Below are positions 24,921 through 35,400 of a DNA stretch of 64,000 nt, in pieces. The notes beneath the pieces are model-generated. The model was given only the letters and a program-made list of their open reading frames with translations. It did no database searches and was not told where the DNA came from. Made by a program: the position numbers and the translations under genes. Each line of letters starts with the position of its first letter. Positions within the stretch are counted from its first letter, which is position 1. This DNA comes from Candidatus Bathyarchaeota archaeon (lineage in GTDB: Archaea; Thermoproteota; Bathyarchaeia; 40CM-2-53-6), in NCBI GenBank assembly GCA_005888745.1, contig VBBS01000026.1:69424-133423 (forward strand). The letters run 5' to 3'.

Positions 24921-25309
24921 ACCCGCACTACAGCATCAATCACAAGATATGGAATGATAGATGTCGCTATAATGCTGGCCCAACCTTCTCACGGAACAAT
25001 AGTAAAAACAGAAAAACGGAGCAACCGCTCTTGCGTCGCGAGTTGTTCTGTACAATCCCCCCTCCTTCTCGACGAAGAAATTTGCTGTCTGGCATTGATA
25101 ATGGGCGAGACCGGCGGATCAGGGCACAATCCGGGTTTTGATGACACGGGAAGATACGGGAAGTCTAGACCTGTTTCCGATGATACTAGGGCGAGATGTG
25201 GAACATGCTCCAGAATCGAGATCAGGTGTTGAAATGGGCGGTGCGAGGGATTGCGTACTAAAGAATATGAGCTAGTCTTAAACCGCCAAGACCCCTCGAG
25301 TGATTTAGC

Positions 25310-25693
25310 ATGCCGAAAAACGTCCTGACAGTCGAGCTGAAAGAGTTACATGACCTGGCGAACGAAGCAGCCAAGTTCCTGAAATCGAAGCTCGAGGGCA
25401 GAATGAAAACAAAGGGGACACAGGTCCAGATCGAGGACGCAAGAACCAAACAAGTCAAACTGCTACTCCACAAGTTCCTCCACCACCAGGGCCTAAACCA
25501 CTACAGGGTGCTAAGCCAGAGTGGAGTCCTAGAAGTCACACCGCCAGAGAAGCATGAAGCCCACCCGCAGGAACGGGAAGGCTCACCGCCGACTGCAGCT
25601 CAAACGACCCCATATTATTTCCCGCAAGCTCCAGCCTTGACGCCGGAGAAAAAGAGGAAGACCAAGCCCAAACATAAGAGCGAACAAAGCTAG
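25310..25693 (+). CDS. Hypothetical protein with a basic/Pro-rich tail
   Basis: 127-aa ORF with an ATG start and no recognisable motif. Confidence 0.4.
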   Translation: MPKNVLTVELKELHDLANEAAKFLKSKLEGRMKTKGTQVQIEDARTKQVKLLLHKFLHHQGLNHYRVLSQSGVLEVTPPEKHEAHPQEREGSPPTAAQTTPYYFPQAPALTPEKKRKTKPKHKSEQS

Positions 25694-25697
25694 AGCG

Positions 25698-26078
25698 CTA
25701 GTTTCCCTTTGAGGGCTCCCCAGGCTTCAAAGGACCCACGATTTCCACAACGTAACCTTCAGGGTCTTTGAAGCCAGTCGAACGCGTGCCCCAAGGCCGG
25801 TTAGCCGGAGGATCGTCAAACTTCACACCTTTGGACTTTAGAGATGAGTAGACCTCATCGACATCGTTAACCTCTAAGTGTAGCTCGACAGTCGAACGGG
25901 AGAGGGGCGGAGCTTTCGTGAGCCGGTGGAAGGCAAGCTGAGAGCCTTTAGTGTCGAACATGATGAAGCTCTCATTCTCCTGGGCAACCGGAAGACCAAG
26001 AGTTTCCTTGTAGAGGGCCCTGACCTGATCGAAATGGACTGCCCAGAGTGTCAGGTAGGATAATTTGTTCAGCCTCAT
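25698..26078 (-). CDS. Glyoxalase/bleomycin-resistance (VOC) family protein
   Basis: Pattern, size and paired beta-alpha-beta-beta-beta modules typical of VOC proteins (VHFDQVRALYKETLGL..., FKDPEGYVVEIV). Confidence 0.65.
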   Translation of the reverse strand: MRLNKLSYLTLWAVHFDQVRALYKETLGLPVAQENESFIMFDTKGSQLAFHRLTKAPPLSRSTVELHLEVNDVDEVYSSLKSKGVKFDDPPANRPWGTRSTGFKDPEGYVVEIVGPLKPGEPSKGN

Positions 26079-26249
26079 GACGAATTTCCTAACTAGCCAA
26101 CCTTGGAAGCAATTATTAGCTTATACAGAATATGCCGAGTTCTGCTTTGATCCGGGAAGACTTTGTGCAAATAGCACCGGATCAAATATTGTCGAACGAT
26201 TCGTGAGAGCATCTCTGGATTGGAATAAACGCGACGAACAGAGACTGGG

Positions 26250-28340
26250 CTACTTAGCCGGAACGGTTGCTGGAACGTGCGGTTCTCCGCGTTTCCGAAG
26301 AGTCAGGAAGGCACCGAGTCCGACCGCCAAAGCTGCAGCAGCAAGTACGAAACCATAGGTCGCCAGTGTATACTGTATGGGGTCTGGCTGAGTCTGAACG
26401 TTCAGATTGTTGGAAGTGACTCCAGAATTTATCGAGTTGCCGGACCAAGCTGCCGCAATCTTCCAGGCGCCCGCAGAATCAACCGTATACACATCAGTGA
26501 AGTAACCGGTGTTATCGGTTTTGACCGTGTGAGCGGTACTAGTTCCGGAAGGGCTGGTATAGGTTATCGAGATGTTCGCTGGTGCTGCAGGATAGAGGTA
26601 GCCGCTGAGGGAGATGGTGTCGCCTGGTTTCGCGTTGAACGTAGACGAGGAGAGAAGAATTACGCTAGGGGCCTTGCCAACTGCTGAGGAAGCGGTGTTG
26701 GACGTTCCCATGCGGGTTTCATCACCGTTCCATGTTGCTCTGATGGTGTACGAGCCCGGGCCTGATGGGGTCCAGCTGGAGGCAAATCGGCCTTGAGAAT
26801 CCGTTATGACAGTTGCGAGTATCTGGTAGTTGCTTGAGGGCCCGGTCGAGTATTCTAGAAGAACTTGTGCTGAGGAGATCGTGGTTTGGTCAGTAGCATT
26901 TGTTAGCATGCCAGTGATACTAATGGATTGACCTGAGATGACGAGTGATGGGGCTAGGGTTAAGCTGACTGCGCTGTTAGCGAACGCCACATCGCGGACT
27001 TCTACGAGTCCCTTGCCCGATGATTGACCGCCGTCAATGATATCCTGTTTTCCGACCCTGCCAAGGTCGCCTACAGTTATGGCGGATATGGGCGAGTTGA
27101 GGGTGGAGGACAAGTAGGATTTCTGAAGGGTAATCGTTGAACCGCTCAAAGACCAGATCCTGATTGTGCCGTAGTAGACATCGGTTGACCCAATAGGCAT
27201 GTCCGCCTGTCCGGCGGTTACAATCTCGGTTTCCCCACTGGCGTCAACGTCGCCCGCTGCCACGTGGATGACATCTATGCTCGTCTGAGGGGATGTGACC
27301 CATGTGGTTCCCGCTTGCTGGGTTAGCGTTCCGGACCAGTCAGACCACACTGTAAGCTCGGCCCTCAACACTGGATATGTCAGGTCCTGGCCGCCGACGA
27401 TTATGTTTGCCTGCCCGTTGCCGGTGAGGTCTTTGATCGTGACGGTTGTCGCTACTGTTCCTACACCAGTAGTGAGCCAGTCGCGGGTTCCCTTGGGGGC
27501 GAGAGTCCCGCTGCCAGTCCAGGCCCAGACACGCAGCTCGCTCTGAGTGACCGTGGAATTATTGGAGTAGCCAACGGTCACGATGTCGGGTGTACCGTTA
27601 TTGTTGGAAACGTCACCGGTTGTCACCGTGTATCCTTGGGATCCCGCTCCTATGGGACCAGTTGTGGTCCAGTTATAGAGTAAGACCTTGTTGAGGTTGC
27701 TTCCGTCAAAGGACCAGATTCCGAGCTGAGCCCAGTCGTTAGGACCAGCCATACGATAGTAGCCTAGGGTGACGATCTGGCGGACACCATTGTGGCTCCA
27801 GATGGCGATGCTACGAGTCTCAAGGGCAGTTCCAGGCCCTGTGAAGTTGTACGTTTTCTCCTTGATGAGGGAAGAACCTGTCCAGCGGAAAATGCCGATC
27901 TGAGACGCGATAGTCGGGCTGGATGTCGAGGGGCCAATGTTGGCGATGAAGATGGTGTCGTTTTGGCCGTTTCCGTCGATATCATTTACCGCGACACCTG
28001 ACAAGTAGTAGTTGGGAGCAGGCGACTTGAACAACGTGTTATCATCAAGGACCAGTGAGCCCGCCGATTTGTGGTAAATGCGTAATTGGCCGAAGTTCGT
28101 GCCGTTGTTGTAGTTGCCCACGGTGACGATATTGTTAGTTCCAGACGTGGCAGCGTCGGCCATGGCTACGCCACTGGCCACTGCGTAATTAGTCAAGGTG
28201 GAAGGCCACGTATCAACCATGGTCTGGTTCAGCCGATAGTTTGCGTTAGCATGCGGAATGGAGATCATTGATAACGGAAGCAGGAGGAGGATTATCAGCG
28301 GGACGAAACGGCGGTTCAACAGAGGTCTCGCAGAGTCCAA
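26250..28340 (-). CDS. Large cell-surface protein: FG-GAP/VCBS-like beta-propeller, Ig-like domains and a C-terminal TM anchor
   Basis: Signal peptide, repeated D-x-D/N-G-x-x-D motifs (NDIDGNGQNDTIF, GDVDASGETEIV, KDLTGNGQANIIVGG, GDLGRVGKQDIIDGG) and a C-terminal hydrophobic anchor followed by RKRG. Confidence 0.75.
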   Translation of the reverse strand: MDSARPLLNRRFVPLIILLLLPLSMISIPHANANYRLNQTMVDTWPSTLTNYAVASGVAMADAATSGTNNIVTVGNYNNGTNFGQLRIYHKSAGSLVLDDNTLFKSPAPNYYLSGVAVNDIDGNGQNDTIFIANIGPSTSSPTIASQIGIFRWTGSSLIKEKTYNFTGPGTALETRSIAIWSHNGVRQIVTLGYYRMAGPNDWAQLGIWSFDGSNLNKVLLYNWTTTGPIGAGSQGYTVTTGDVSNNNGTPDIVTVGYSNNSTVTQSELRVWAWTGSGTLAPKGTRDWLTTGVGTVATTVTIKDLTGNGQANIIVGGQDLTYPVLRAELTVWSDWSGTLTQQAGTTWVTSPQTSIDVIHVAAGDVDASGETEIVTAGQADMPIGSTDVYYGTIRIWSLSGSTITLQKSYLSSTLNSPISAITVGDLGRVGKQDIIDGGQSSGKGLVEVRDVAFANSAVSLTLAPSLVISGQSISITGMLTNATDQTTISSAQVLLEYSTGPSSNYQILATVITDSQGRFASSWTPSGPGSYTIRATWNGDETRMGTSNTASSAVGKAPSVILLSSSTFNAKPGDTISLSGYLYPAAPANISITYTSPSGTSTAHTVKTDNTGYFTDVYTVDSAGAWKIAAAWSGNSINSGVTSNNLNVQTQPDPIQYTLATYGFVLAAAALAVGLGAFLTLRKRGEPHVPATVPAK

Positions 28341-28553
28341 TCATAAGACTGCAAAAATAGTTCTGATACCATGCGAACCGGGCCAAAGTAACCGACCGGA
28401 AATCTAAGACTTCTGCAGAAGATGCACCCGCCGTTTTAGGGTGGTGCTCCTCTCTGAGAAGTTATGAGGAAAACTTGGAGTTCGTGACGAGCTTGAAACA
28501 TGACTCTATTAGGAGCGGCTACGGTATTGCGTGGTATTATTTTGACAAAATTC

Positions 28554-28721
28554 ATGATGTCGCTTCGCGACGAGAACTATCGCGTCTTGACCGGTGCTGC
28601 AATAGATCGAGGGATCTCCGTGCAAGAACTTCTCCGAGCCGTCATTATCCCAGACTGGGTCAGGGAGATTCCCAGAGCAATAGTTGCCGAGAGTTGGCCT
28701 TCCGTGAGAACGCGTCGCTAG
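28554..28721 (+). CDS. Possible ribbon-helix-helix (CopG-like) small protein
   Basis: MMSLRDENYRVLTGAAIDRGISVQELLRAVII fits a strand-helix-helix pattern. It conflicts with an antisense ORF (28509..28919), so the call is uncertain. Confidence 0.3.
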   Translation: MMSLRDENYRVLTGAAIDRGISVQELLRAVIIPDWVREIPRAIVAESWPSVRTRR

Positions 28722-29557
28722 CAAATACATCTCCGATAACACGGTCTTCCTCATTGCCATTCTATCGGGGAGGACTACGAACGATCTGAGCGAGCAAACA
28801 TCGCGAAACAAGGGCCGTCTCCGAGCCAAGAGTACAGGCCTAATAGTCAGGGAACCTGCGGTTCCGGCCGCTAGCACAACTAGCGACCAGAATATTCTGA
28901 ACCCGAGCTTCCATAGCATAGTCGAAGAAATGCCTGCTCCAGGAACGATTTTCTTATCGGTGAGAATCCCCCAACCATGGCTTTAGGGCCTAAATTATGA
29001 GAGAGAGTGAAATGTTTCTCGACGGGTCGCAGGCGGTTTCCTCGAGAGAGGCCTCACCCATATCGGATACGGAACTTCACGACGAACAGAGTTCTCGGCA
29101 TAGATCTTGGCGTGAACGGCGGTGGAGCCTTGGCTAGCACGTTGGCCTGCCCTATCCATGGTGAGCCGATGCCAGAACTCTCTCCAGATGAGTGGGCTAA
29201 GACGATAACAGATATCGAACGGATGAAAGAGTTCGAGATGGAAAAGGGCCCAGATAAGCCGAATAGAACTCAAGAAACCGGGCCTCCTCGGAAATGGGAG
29301 CCACGTCATAATTACTCCGAAGGAAGGAAGACCTGAAAAGATTACTTGCCACTGCATAGCCTAGATAGACTAATGACTCTCACGCAAGCTTTCAGCCCAG
29401 AACTATCTAGCTAGGCTTAGAACAATTTTCTATCATGTGGATCGTCAGGACCCCTAGCAAGTCTTAAGACAAGACCTCCCACTCGTTACAGTCAACAGGC
29501 GCGTGAGTGGGGCCTTCCACCCGTTGCGCCATACAAACCCCGGAGTAGGGAGGCAAA

Positions 29558-30154
29558 ATGAGAAGAGAGATCAAAGATAGGGCTGTAGTTTCCCGTTCTA
29601 GAAACCTCTCACTAGCGGCCGTATTTGGAGCACTCTACGCCGCGCTCGTAATTGGATTCGCTCCAATCAGCAATCTTCCAATACAAGTGAGGGTAGCTGA
29701 TGTTCTGATGCCCCTGGTGATCTTCTTCGGATGGCCTGCAATCCTTGGACTCGGCATTGGAACAGTGGTGGGAAATTTGGCTGCGGATTCGATAACCGGA
29801 TTCCCATCAGCCTCGATCGGACTAGACATTGTTGGCGGAAGTCTGGTCAATCTTTTCGCCGGATTCTTAGGATGGAAGATTGGCCGGCGAAGTTGGAGGA
29901 TTGGCAATCGGAACGCAAGCTGGTTTACGGCCACCCTTGTTGAGACTGCGCTGATATCAGTGGTGGTAGGAGGCTATCTCAGCATCGTTTTCTCGATACC
30001 ACCGGCCTTGTCGATTCTCGGGATTCTCGCGGGAGAAGTGGTGGCGATAAACATCGGTGGCTTTGTGCTGCTCAACATCATCGGAAGAGCAAGGAGCCTG
30101 GACCTCTTCAAATCGTGGGGTTTGCAGATCTACGAAACTGATCGGGACCAATAG
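29558..30154 (+). CDS. QueT-like (queuosine/archaeosine precursor transporter family) membrane protein
   Basis: AAVFGALYAALVI...PIQVRVADVLMPL...GLGIGTVVGNL resembles the QueT family. GGGAGG lies 5 nt upstream of the ATG. Confidence 0.5.
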   Translation: MRREIKDRAVVSRSRNLSLAAVFGALYAALVIGFAPISNLPIQVRVADVLMPLVIFFGWPAILGLGIGTVVGNLAADSITGFPSASIGLDIVGGSLVNLFAGFLGWKIGRRSWRIGNRNASWFTATLVETALISVVVGGYLSIVFSIPPALSILGILAGEVVAINIGGFVLLNIIGRARSLDLFKSWGLQIYETDRDQ

Positions 30155-30158
30155 GTTG

Positions 30159-31241
30159 TCAGCCGAGTTTGATCTGCTTACCCTCAGCTGGCTTTAGGTC
30201 AGATAGTCTAACTCCAACTAGCCTCATCTTCCGCCGGTCTTTCTCGAACTCCCTGAATAGCAGCGTTACGTATTCCCGGATGACTCCCAGGTCGTCTACA
30301 TACCCTGTATGAGTTTTCTCCCGGGTAAACGTAACGAACCCTTCGAATCGTATCTTGATACCAACGGTGCGATACCACAAACCTTCACCCAACAGCCTGT
30401 CGTGAACCTCGTGACTTAGAGACTCTAACGCGTCCCGGACCATCGTCTTGTTCTGAATGTCTCTTTCGAATGTCTGCTCAACACTGATCGATTTCCTTAG
30501 CCCTCTCTCTTCCACGGGTGTCTCCTCGATTCCATTCGCTATGGCCCAGAGCCATACCCCGCCTTTGCCGAACCAGGCGGTGAGCTTCTTTGCCTCAATT
30601 TCGCGCAACTGGCCAATGTTCTCGATTCCCTTTTCATGAAGGAATTCTGTTGTTTTCTTGCCTACTCCACTGATCTTGTTGACCTGTAATGGTTCGAGAA
30701 ATTTGTCTACTTCGTCTGGCTGAACAAGGGTGAGCCCATCTGGTTTCTGTATGTCCGAGGCCATCTTCGAGATGGATTTGCTAGGCGAGATTCCGACACT
30801 CACAGTGAGGCCTTCTCGTTCTTTCAGGGTAGCTTTCAGCCGGGAAGCTAGAAGTTTCGCGTCATCATACGTCTTGCATCTCCTGCTGACATCCATGTAA
30901 GCTTCGTCAATACTGGTCTGTTCGAAAATATCTGCAAAGCCCCGCATAATACCCATCACTCTCTCCGAGGTCTCACCATAGAGCAGAAAGTCAGGTGGCA
31001 CATAGATCCCCTGAGGGCACAGCTTCCAGGCCATACTAATTGGCATTCCAGATCGAACCCCAAACTTCCGTGCCTCATAGGAACAGGAAGTAACGACTCC
31101 GCGACCCTTTCCATTCTTCGGATCGGCACCTACGATCAACGGCTTGCCCTTCAACGATGGGTCCCGATGGATCTCACAAGACGGGTAAAAAGCATCCAGA
31201 TCACAATGAAGAATTATTCTAGACCGGGAGATAGTAGACAT
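30159..31241 (-). CDS. dinB: Y-family DNA polymerase IV (Dpo4/DinB)
   Basis: ILHCDLDAFYPSCE, PLIVGA, FEQTSIDEAYMDV and ISGVGKKT match the family. Confidence 0.9.
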   Translation of the reverse strand: MSTISRSRIILHCDLDAFYPSCEIHRDPSLKGKPLIVGADPKNGKGRGVVTSCSYEARKFGVRSGMPISMAWKLCPQGIYVPPDFLLYGETSERVMGIMRGFADIFEQTSIDEAYMDVSRRCKTYDDAKLLASRLKATLKEREGLTVSVGISPSKSISKMASDIQKPDGLTLVQPDEVDKFLEPLQVNKISGVGKKTTEFLHEKGIENIGQLREIEAKKLTAWFGKGGVWLWAIANGIEETPVEERGLRKSISVEQTFERDIQNKTMVRDALESLSHEVHDRLLGEGLWYRTVGIKIRFEGFVTFTREKTHTGYVDDLGVIREYVTLLFREFEKDRRKMRLVGVRLSDLKPAEGKQIKLG

Positions 31242-31243
31242 TT

Positions 31244-31615
31244 CTAAGGTTCGTGGTTGTAGGCGAAGCCACGATGCCTCGCCGGCTCCAAGACTCCCGA
31301 GTCAGGGTTCACTTTCAGGCCTAAGTCTTCAAGGAACTTTGCGCCCAAGACTGGGTGAGCATCTTCGAAGGTGACGGCGAGGGTTACATCTTCTCGCCCA
31401 TGAGCAGAGACAACGACAGAATAGACTTGAGCTTCCAAGGAATCTCTTTGGTCAAGTTCGAGTCTCGCTCTCAAATCTTCAGGGAACGCTCCTATCTCGA
31501 AGAGAACTCCAGAGGGCAAGATAGTGAAGAAAGAGGTGGGGTCAATTGGAATTCTTTGCAGATGCATCTGTCCTTTTTCGCCTTTGAACAGCGCCATAGT
31601 GCACGTAGCGGACAC
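31244..31615 (-). CDS. Hypothetical protein
   Basis: 123-aa ORF only 2 nt upstream of dinB on the same strand. No catalytic motif recognised. Confidence 0.4.
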   Translation of the reverse strand: MSATCTMALFKGEKGQMHLQRIPIDPTSFFTILPSGVLFEIGAFPEDLRARLELDQRDSLEAQVYSVVVSAHGREDVTLAVTFEDAHPVLGAKFLEDLGLKVNPDSGVLEPARHRGFAYNHEP

Positions 31616-31657
31616 AGGAGTACCAAGGATAGGATAGGGGCTTCTGGCAAATAAGCT

Positions 31658-32263
31658 TCAAGAGCAATGTGTTGAATGCTGATAGCGGAATCGAGTCCTG
31701 TAGATAGGGATCTTATGATTCGAGTTCGAGTATGCCCATCGAATCCTCTTGGGAGGAGAAGGCCGCTCGTCGACGAAACGTCCTACGTAGGCATATGCCT
31801 CGGGAATATTCATTTCCTGAAGGGTTGAATGGCGACAGTATCCATCGACAAGCGTCTGTTGTTCACGCAAGAGAACTATAGGCCAGATAACGGTTCCACC
31901 GGCTTCCAACGCTTTACGAAGCTCCGATCGACGTTCCGTCAGACGCTCAATGAACTTTCGACCAGTATTTGCGTCAGAGGAGTTGAGGATTAGAGGATTC
32001 ATCCGGACCTCGTCAACACCAACAATTTCCAACTTCCACTTCCGCTTCGGAAGCGAGTTGAGCAGATCGTTGTGTCTCGGATCCTCTCCCATGCTATCGA
32101 AATCTGCTTCCAGTTCCTTCCGTACCTCGGTGTTGACGAAATCATGGATGTCATCGGAATCCTCAAGCATTCGATATTCAATACCGTGAAGCCGACGCAC
32201 CGTTGTTCTGTTATCCCAGGCAGAGCGTCTCCCTATGTTTCCGACTCGCGAACGATCGCTCAT
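31658..32263 (-). CDS. Hypothetical protein with a possible ParB/Srx-like nuclease-fold domain
   Basis: VIWPIVLLREQQTLVDGYCRHSTLQEMNIPEAYAYVG resembles the ParB N-terminal P-I-x-V...DG-x-x-R core. Confidence 0.35.
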   Translation of the reverse strand: MSDRSRVGNIGRRSAWDNRTTVRRLHGIEYRMLEDSDDIHDFVNTEVRKELEADFDSMGEDPRHNDLLNSLPKRKWKLEIVGVDEVRMNPLILNSSDANTGRKFIERLTERRSELRKALEAGGTVIWPIVLLREQQTLVDGYCRHSTLQEMNIPEAYAYVGRFVDERPSPPKRIRWAYSNSNHKIPIYRTRFRYQHSTHCS

Positions 32264-32411
32264 CGCGCGTCGCTTCCCAGGTTGTCCGAATCTAACTCTT
32301 AAGATTCACTCTTGGAAATCGGCATGATCATCTGATCCGGAACGGTTTCGGTTATCTCAACAAGAAATTGACCATTAACCTATTACGGTAGCCGGTAGTC
32401 GAAGGCTCGCC

Positions 32412-35400
32412 GTGCAAGTTCTAGAGAACCGGGCCAACCATGTTTATGCGAGGAGAATAGAGGAAGAATACAACCGTCAGTACGCGATAGCCTCGGAAGC
32501 CCGATCGAAAGGACTCGATCCCTCATGGAAAGTCGAATCACAAACGACCTATGACTTAGCTGAGCGCGTCGAGAAATCCGTTGGACCACTCGGGGTTGCA
32601 GCTAGAATCCGAGATTTGAGCAAACTGATCTCACGAGAAGAGACAGCCCTGAAGATTAGTGAGGACATCGTTCTAGGCCACTTCGGAAGCCTTGAGCCAG
32701 AAGACGCCGCTGAACAGGCGATTCGTACAGCGCTAGCGGTGCTGGACGAGGCAGTGACCGTAGCCCCGATACAAGGAATACATGACGTCAAGATTCGTAC
32801 AAACGTGGACGGATCAAAGCATCTAGCCGTCTACTTTGCAGGCCCGATGAGGTCGGCTGGCGGGACAGAAATGGGCTTGACCATGATCGTTGCCGACTAT
32901 GTCCGACGCCAGCTGAACATTCCGCCCTATCATGCATCTGAACAGGAAGCGATGAGATTTGTCGAAGAACTACGCCTCTACGAGCGATCCATCGCCCGTT
33001 TCCAATACCGGAACCCGGACAGCGTCCTCAAAGACGCGATCATTCGCCTTACTGTTGAACCCAACGGAGTGGAAACAGATCCCGTCGAGGTCGCGGTGAA
33101 CCGGAATCTTATGCGTGTAGAAACGAACAGGGTCAGGGGCGGAGCATTACGAGTTGTAAATGATGGATTGCTCGGACGATCGACCAAGGTTCTGAAGATC
33201 GTCGAGAAGCTAGGACTCGAAGGCTGGGGATGGTTGGCTATGATGAAGACCTCTTCATCAGAAGGAGAGGAGGCGAAAGAGTTCATGTTCATGGAAGACG
33301 TCGTTGGCGGGCGTCCAATCTTCGCCTTCCCGGGAGCGGCTGGGGGCTTTAGAATACGATATGGCCGCTCGCGAAACACAGGCATGGCATCAGTCGGTGT
33401 TCATCCAGCTACCATGGAGGTCCTGGGCGGTTTTCTCGCCGTAGGAGTCCAGATGAGACTGGAAAGGCCAGGAAAGGCAGGCATCGTCAACGCAGTCGAT
33501 AGCATCGAACCCCCGGTCGTGAAGCTCAACGATGGCTCGGTGATGAGGATAGACTCTCCTCAAGAAGCAAAAGCATTGCGGGACAAGATTCAGAAGATAC
33601 TATTCCTCGGCGACCTATTGGTGGGATATGGGGAATTTCTGGAAAACAATCGAGCGCTGGTCCCTTCAGGGTTTGTCGAATCATGGTGGGCGCAATTACT
33701 GGAGGAGAAGCTCCACGACCCGGAAAACAGTAGCAAAGCACGACAATTCCTGAATGTCTCAGTGGAACGATTGCAGCAATTCGTTACCAACCCGTTCTCT
33801 GTCAAACCACGAGCCGGTGAGGCTATTGGATTATCCCGGAGCCTTGGAATTCCTCTGCACCCCGCATATACGCACTTCTGGAGCCTGATCACGGTCCAAG
33901 ACGTACACTATCTCCGCGAGAAACTCATCCACTACCTAGACCAGTCCTGCGTTCTTCCTTATGATGAGAAGCTGAAGGACATTCTCGAACAGGCTCGAGT
34001 GCCGCACAAGATGGTGGCGGGTGCCATCCAGCTCTTAGATGATGATGCGCTGGTTCTTCGGACAATTCTGAACCTCGAGGCCCCAGCAACCCAGGTTAAG
34101 GGAGAAAGCTCGCTTGAAGCACTGTGCCTGATGGCAGGATTCCCAGTAAAGAACAAGGCCCCGATCTTTGTCGGGGCACGCATGGGCCGTCCAGAAAAGG
34201 CGAAGGAGAGAGTAATGACTCCACGGGTCCATGGGCTATTTCCAACCGGTCAAGCCGGGGGCCCGCGCCGTGATGTGATAGAGGCGTCGAAGAAGTCCGT
34301 GGTAACATTGGATCTGGTGGATCGAAGATGTCCACAGTGTGGTCGCTGGGAATCTAGGCTCAAGTGTCCAGTCTGCGGACGAGAGACGAAGATGAGTACG
34401 AACTGTCCGAAGTGCGGCAAACCATCGCATGATTCGTCATCCACCTGTAATGGTTCGCTAGTTGCATACCGCAGCGTAAACGTAAACCTCGTCGAGATTC
34501 TGGAAGAAGCGGTTGGGAGGCTCAGGCTGGGAAAAGTGGAAGGGTCGGTGAAAGGTGTGAAAGGTTTGATCAACAAGACGCGAATGCCGGAGCCCTTGGA
34601 GAAAGCGTTGTTACGTGCGAAGTCAGACGTTTCCGTGTTCAAAGATGGGACCCTGCGGTTTGATGCGTCCAACGCCGTACTGACTCAGTTCAGACCCGGA
34701 GAAATCGGGCTGAGCCTAGAGAAAGCACATGAAATAGGATACACGAGGGACATGGACGGTCACGAGTTGTTGGACCCGAGACAGCTGTGCGCCTTGGAGA
34801 TACAGGACCTTGTCGTCTCGGAAGCTTGCGGAGAGTACCTGTTGAAGGTGTCCCGGTTCTTAGACGACTTGCTTACTCTTTATTATGGAATGGACAAGTT
34901 CTATAAGGCATCGAAAAAAGAGGACTTGATCGGGCATCTAGTAGTCGGGTTATCGCCTCACACGTCTGTCGGCGCGGTGGGAAGAATCGTCGGATTCACC
35001 AAGGCGAGCGTGTGCTATGCCCACCCGTTATATCATGCTGCAAAGCGGCGAGACTGCGATGGAGACGAGGACTCAGTATCGCTACTGCTCGACGTTCTGT
35101 TGAACTTCTCGAGAGAGTACCTCCCGGACAGAATAGGAGGATTAATGGACGCTCCGCTGTTGCTCGCTCCGCTACTAAACGCGACCGAGGTCGCTCGGCA
35201 AGCATTCAACATCGAAACAGTCACCACATTCCCCATTGCTTTCTATGAGAAAACCCTGGTGGGGGCGAACCCGAAGGAGATAGAGGATCTTGTCCCAACC
35301 CTCAATCAGGCGCGGGAATCGTCGTCGGACAACTGGAACATTGGATTTACCCACCCAACAGAAGATCTAGATCGCGCGCGACTGACCAGCGCGTACAAAG

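Noticed and set aside
24921-25309. RNase P RNA or SRP RNA in the 390-nt gap. Also checked in 28722..29557.
   Set aside because: Isolated resemblances (ACAGAAAAAC, CGGAGCAA, GGGAAGUCU) are not in the order or context of the conserved RNase P regions. No SRP helix-8 motif was seen.
28509-28919. A 136-aa minus-strand ORF with a signal-peptide-like N-terminus.
   Set aside because: After the first roughly 25 residues the composition is Arg-rich and non-protein-like. It overlaps the more plausible RHH-like ORF on the other strand. The question is unresolved.
29007-29336. An ORF containing RVLGIDLGVNGGGALAST, reminiscent of the TnpB RuvC-I motif. This would be a possible third IS relic.
   Set aside because: Only a single short motif matches and the rest of the ORF does not resemble TnpB. 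An equally long antisense ORF exists. The evidence is insufficient.
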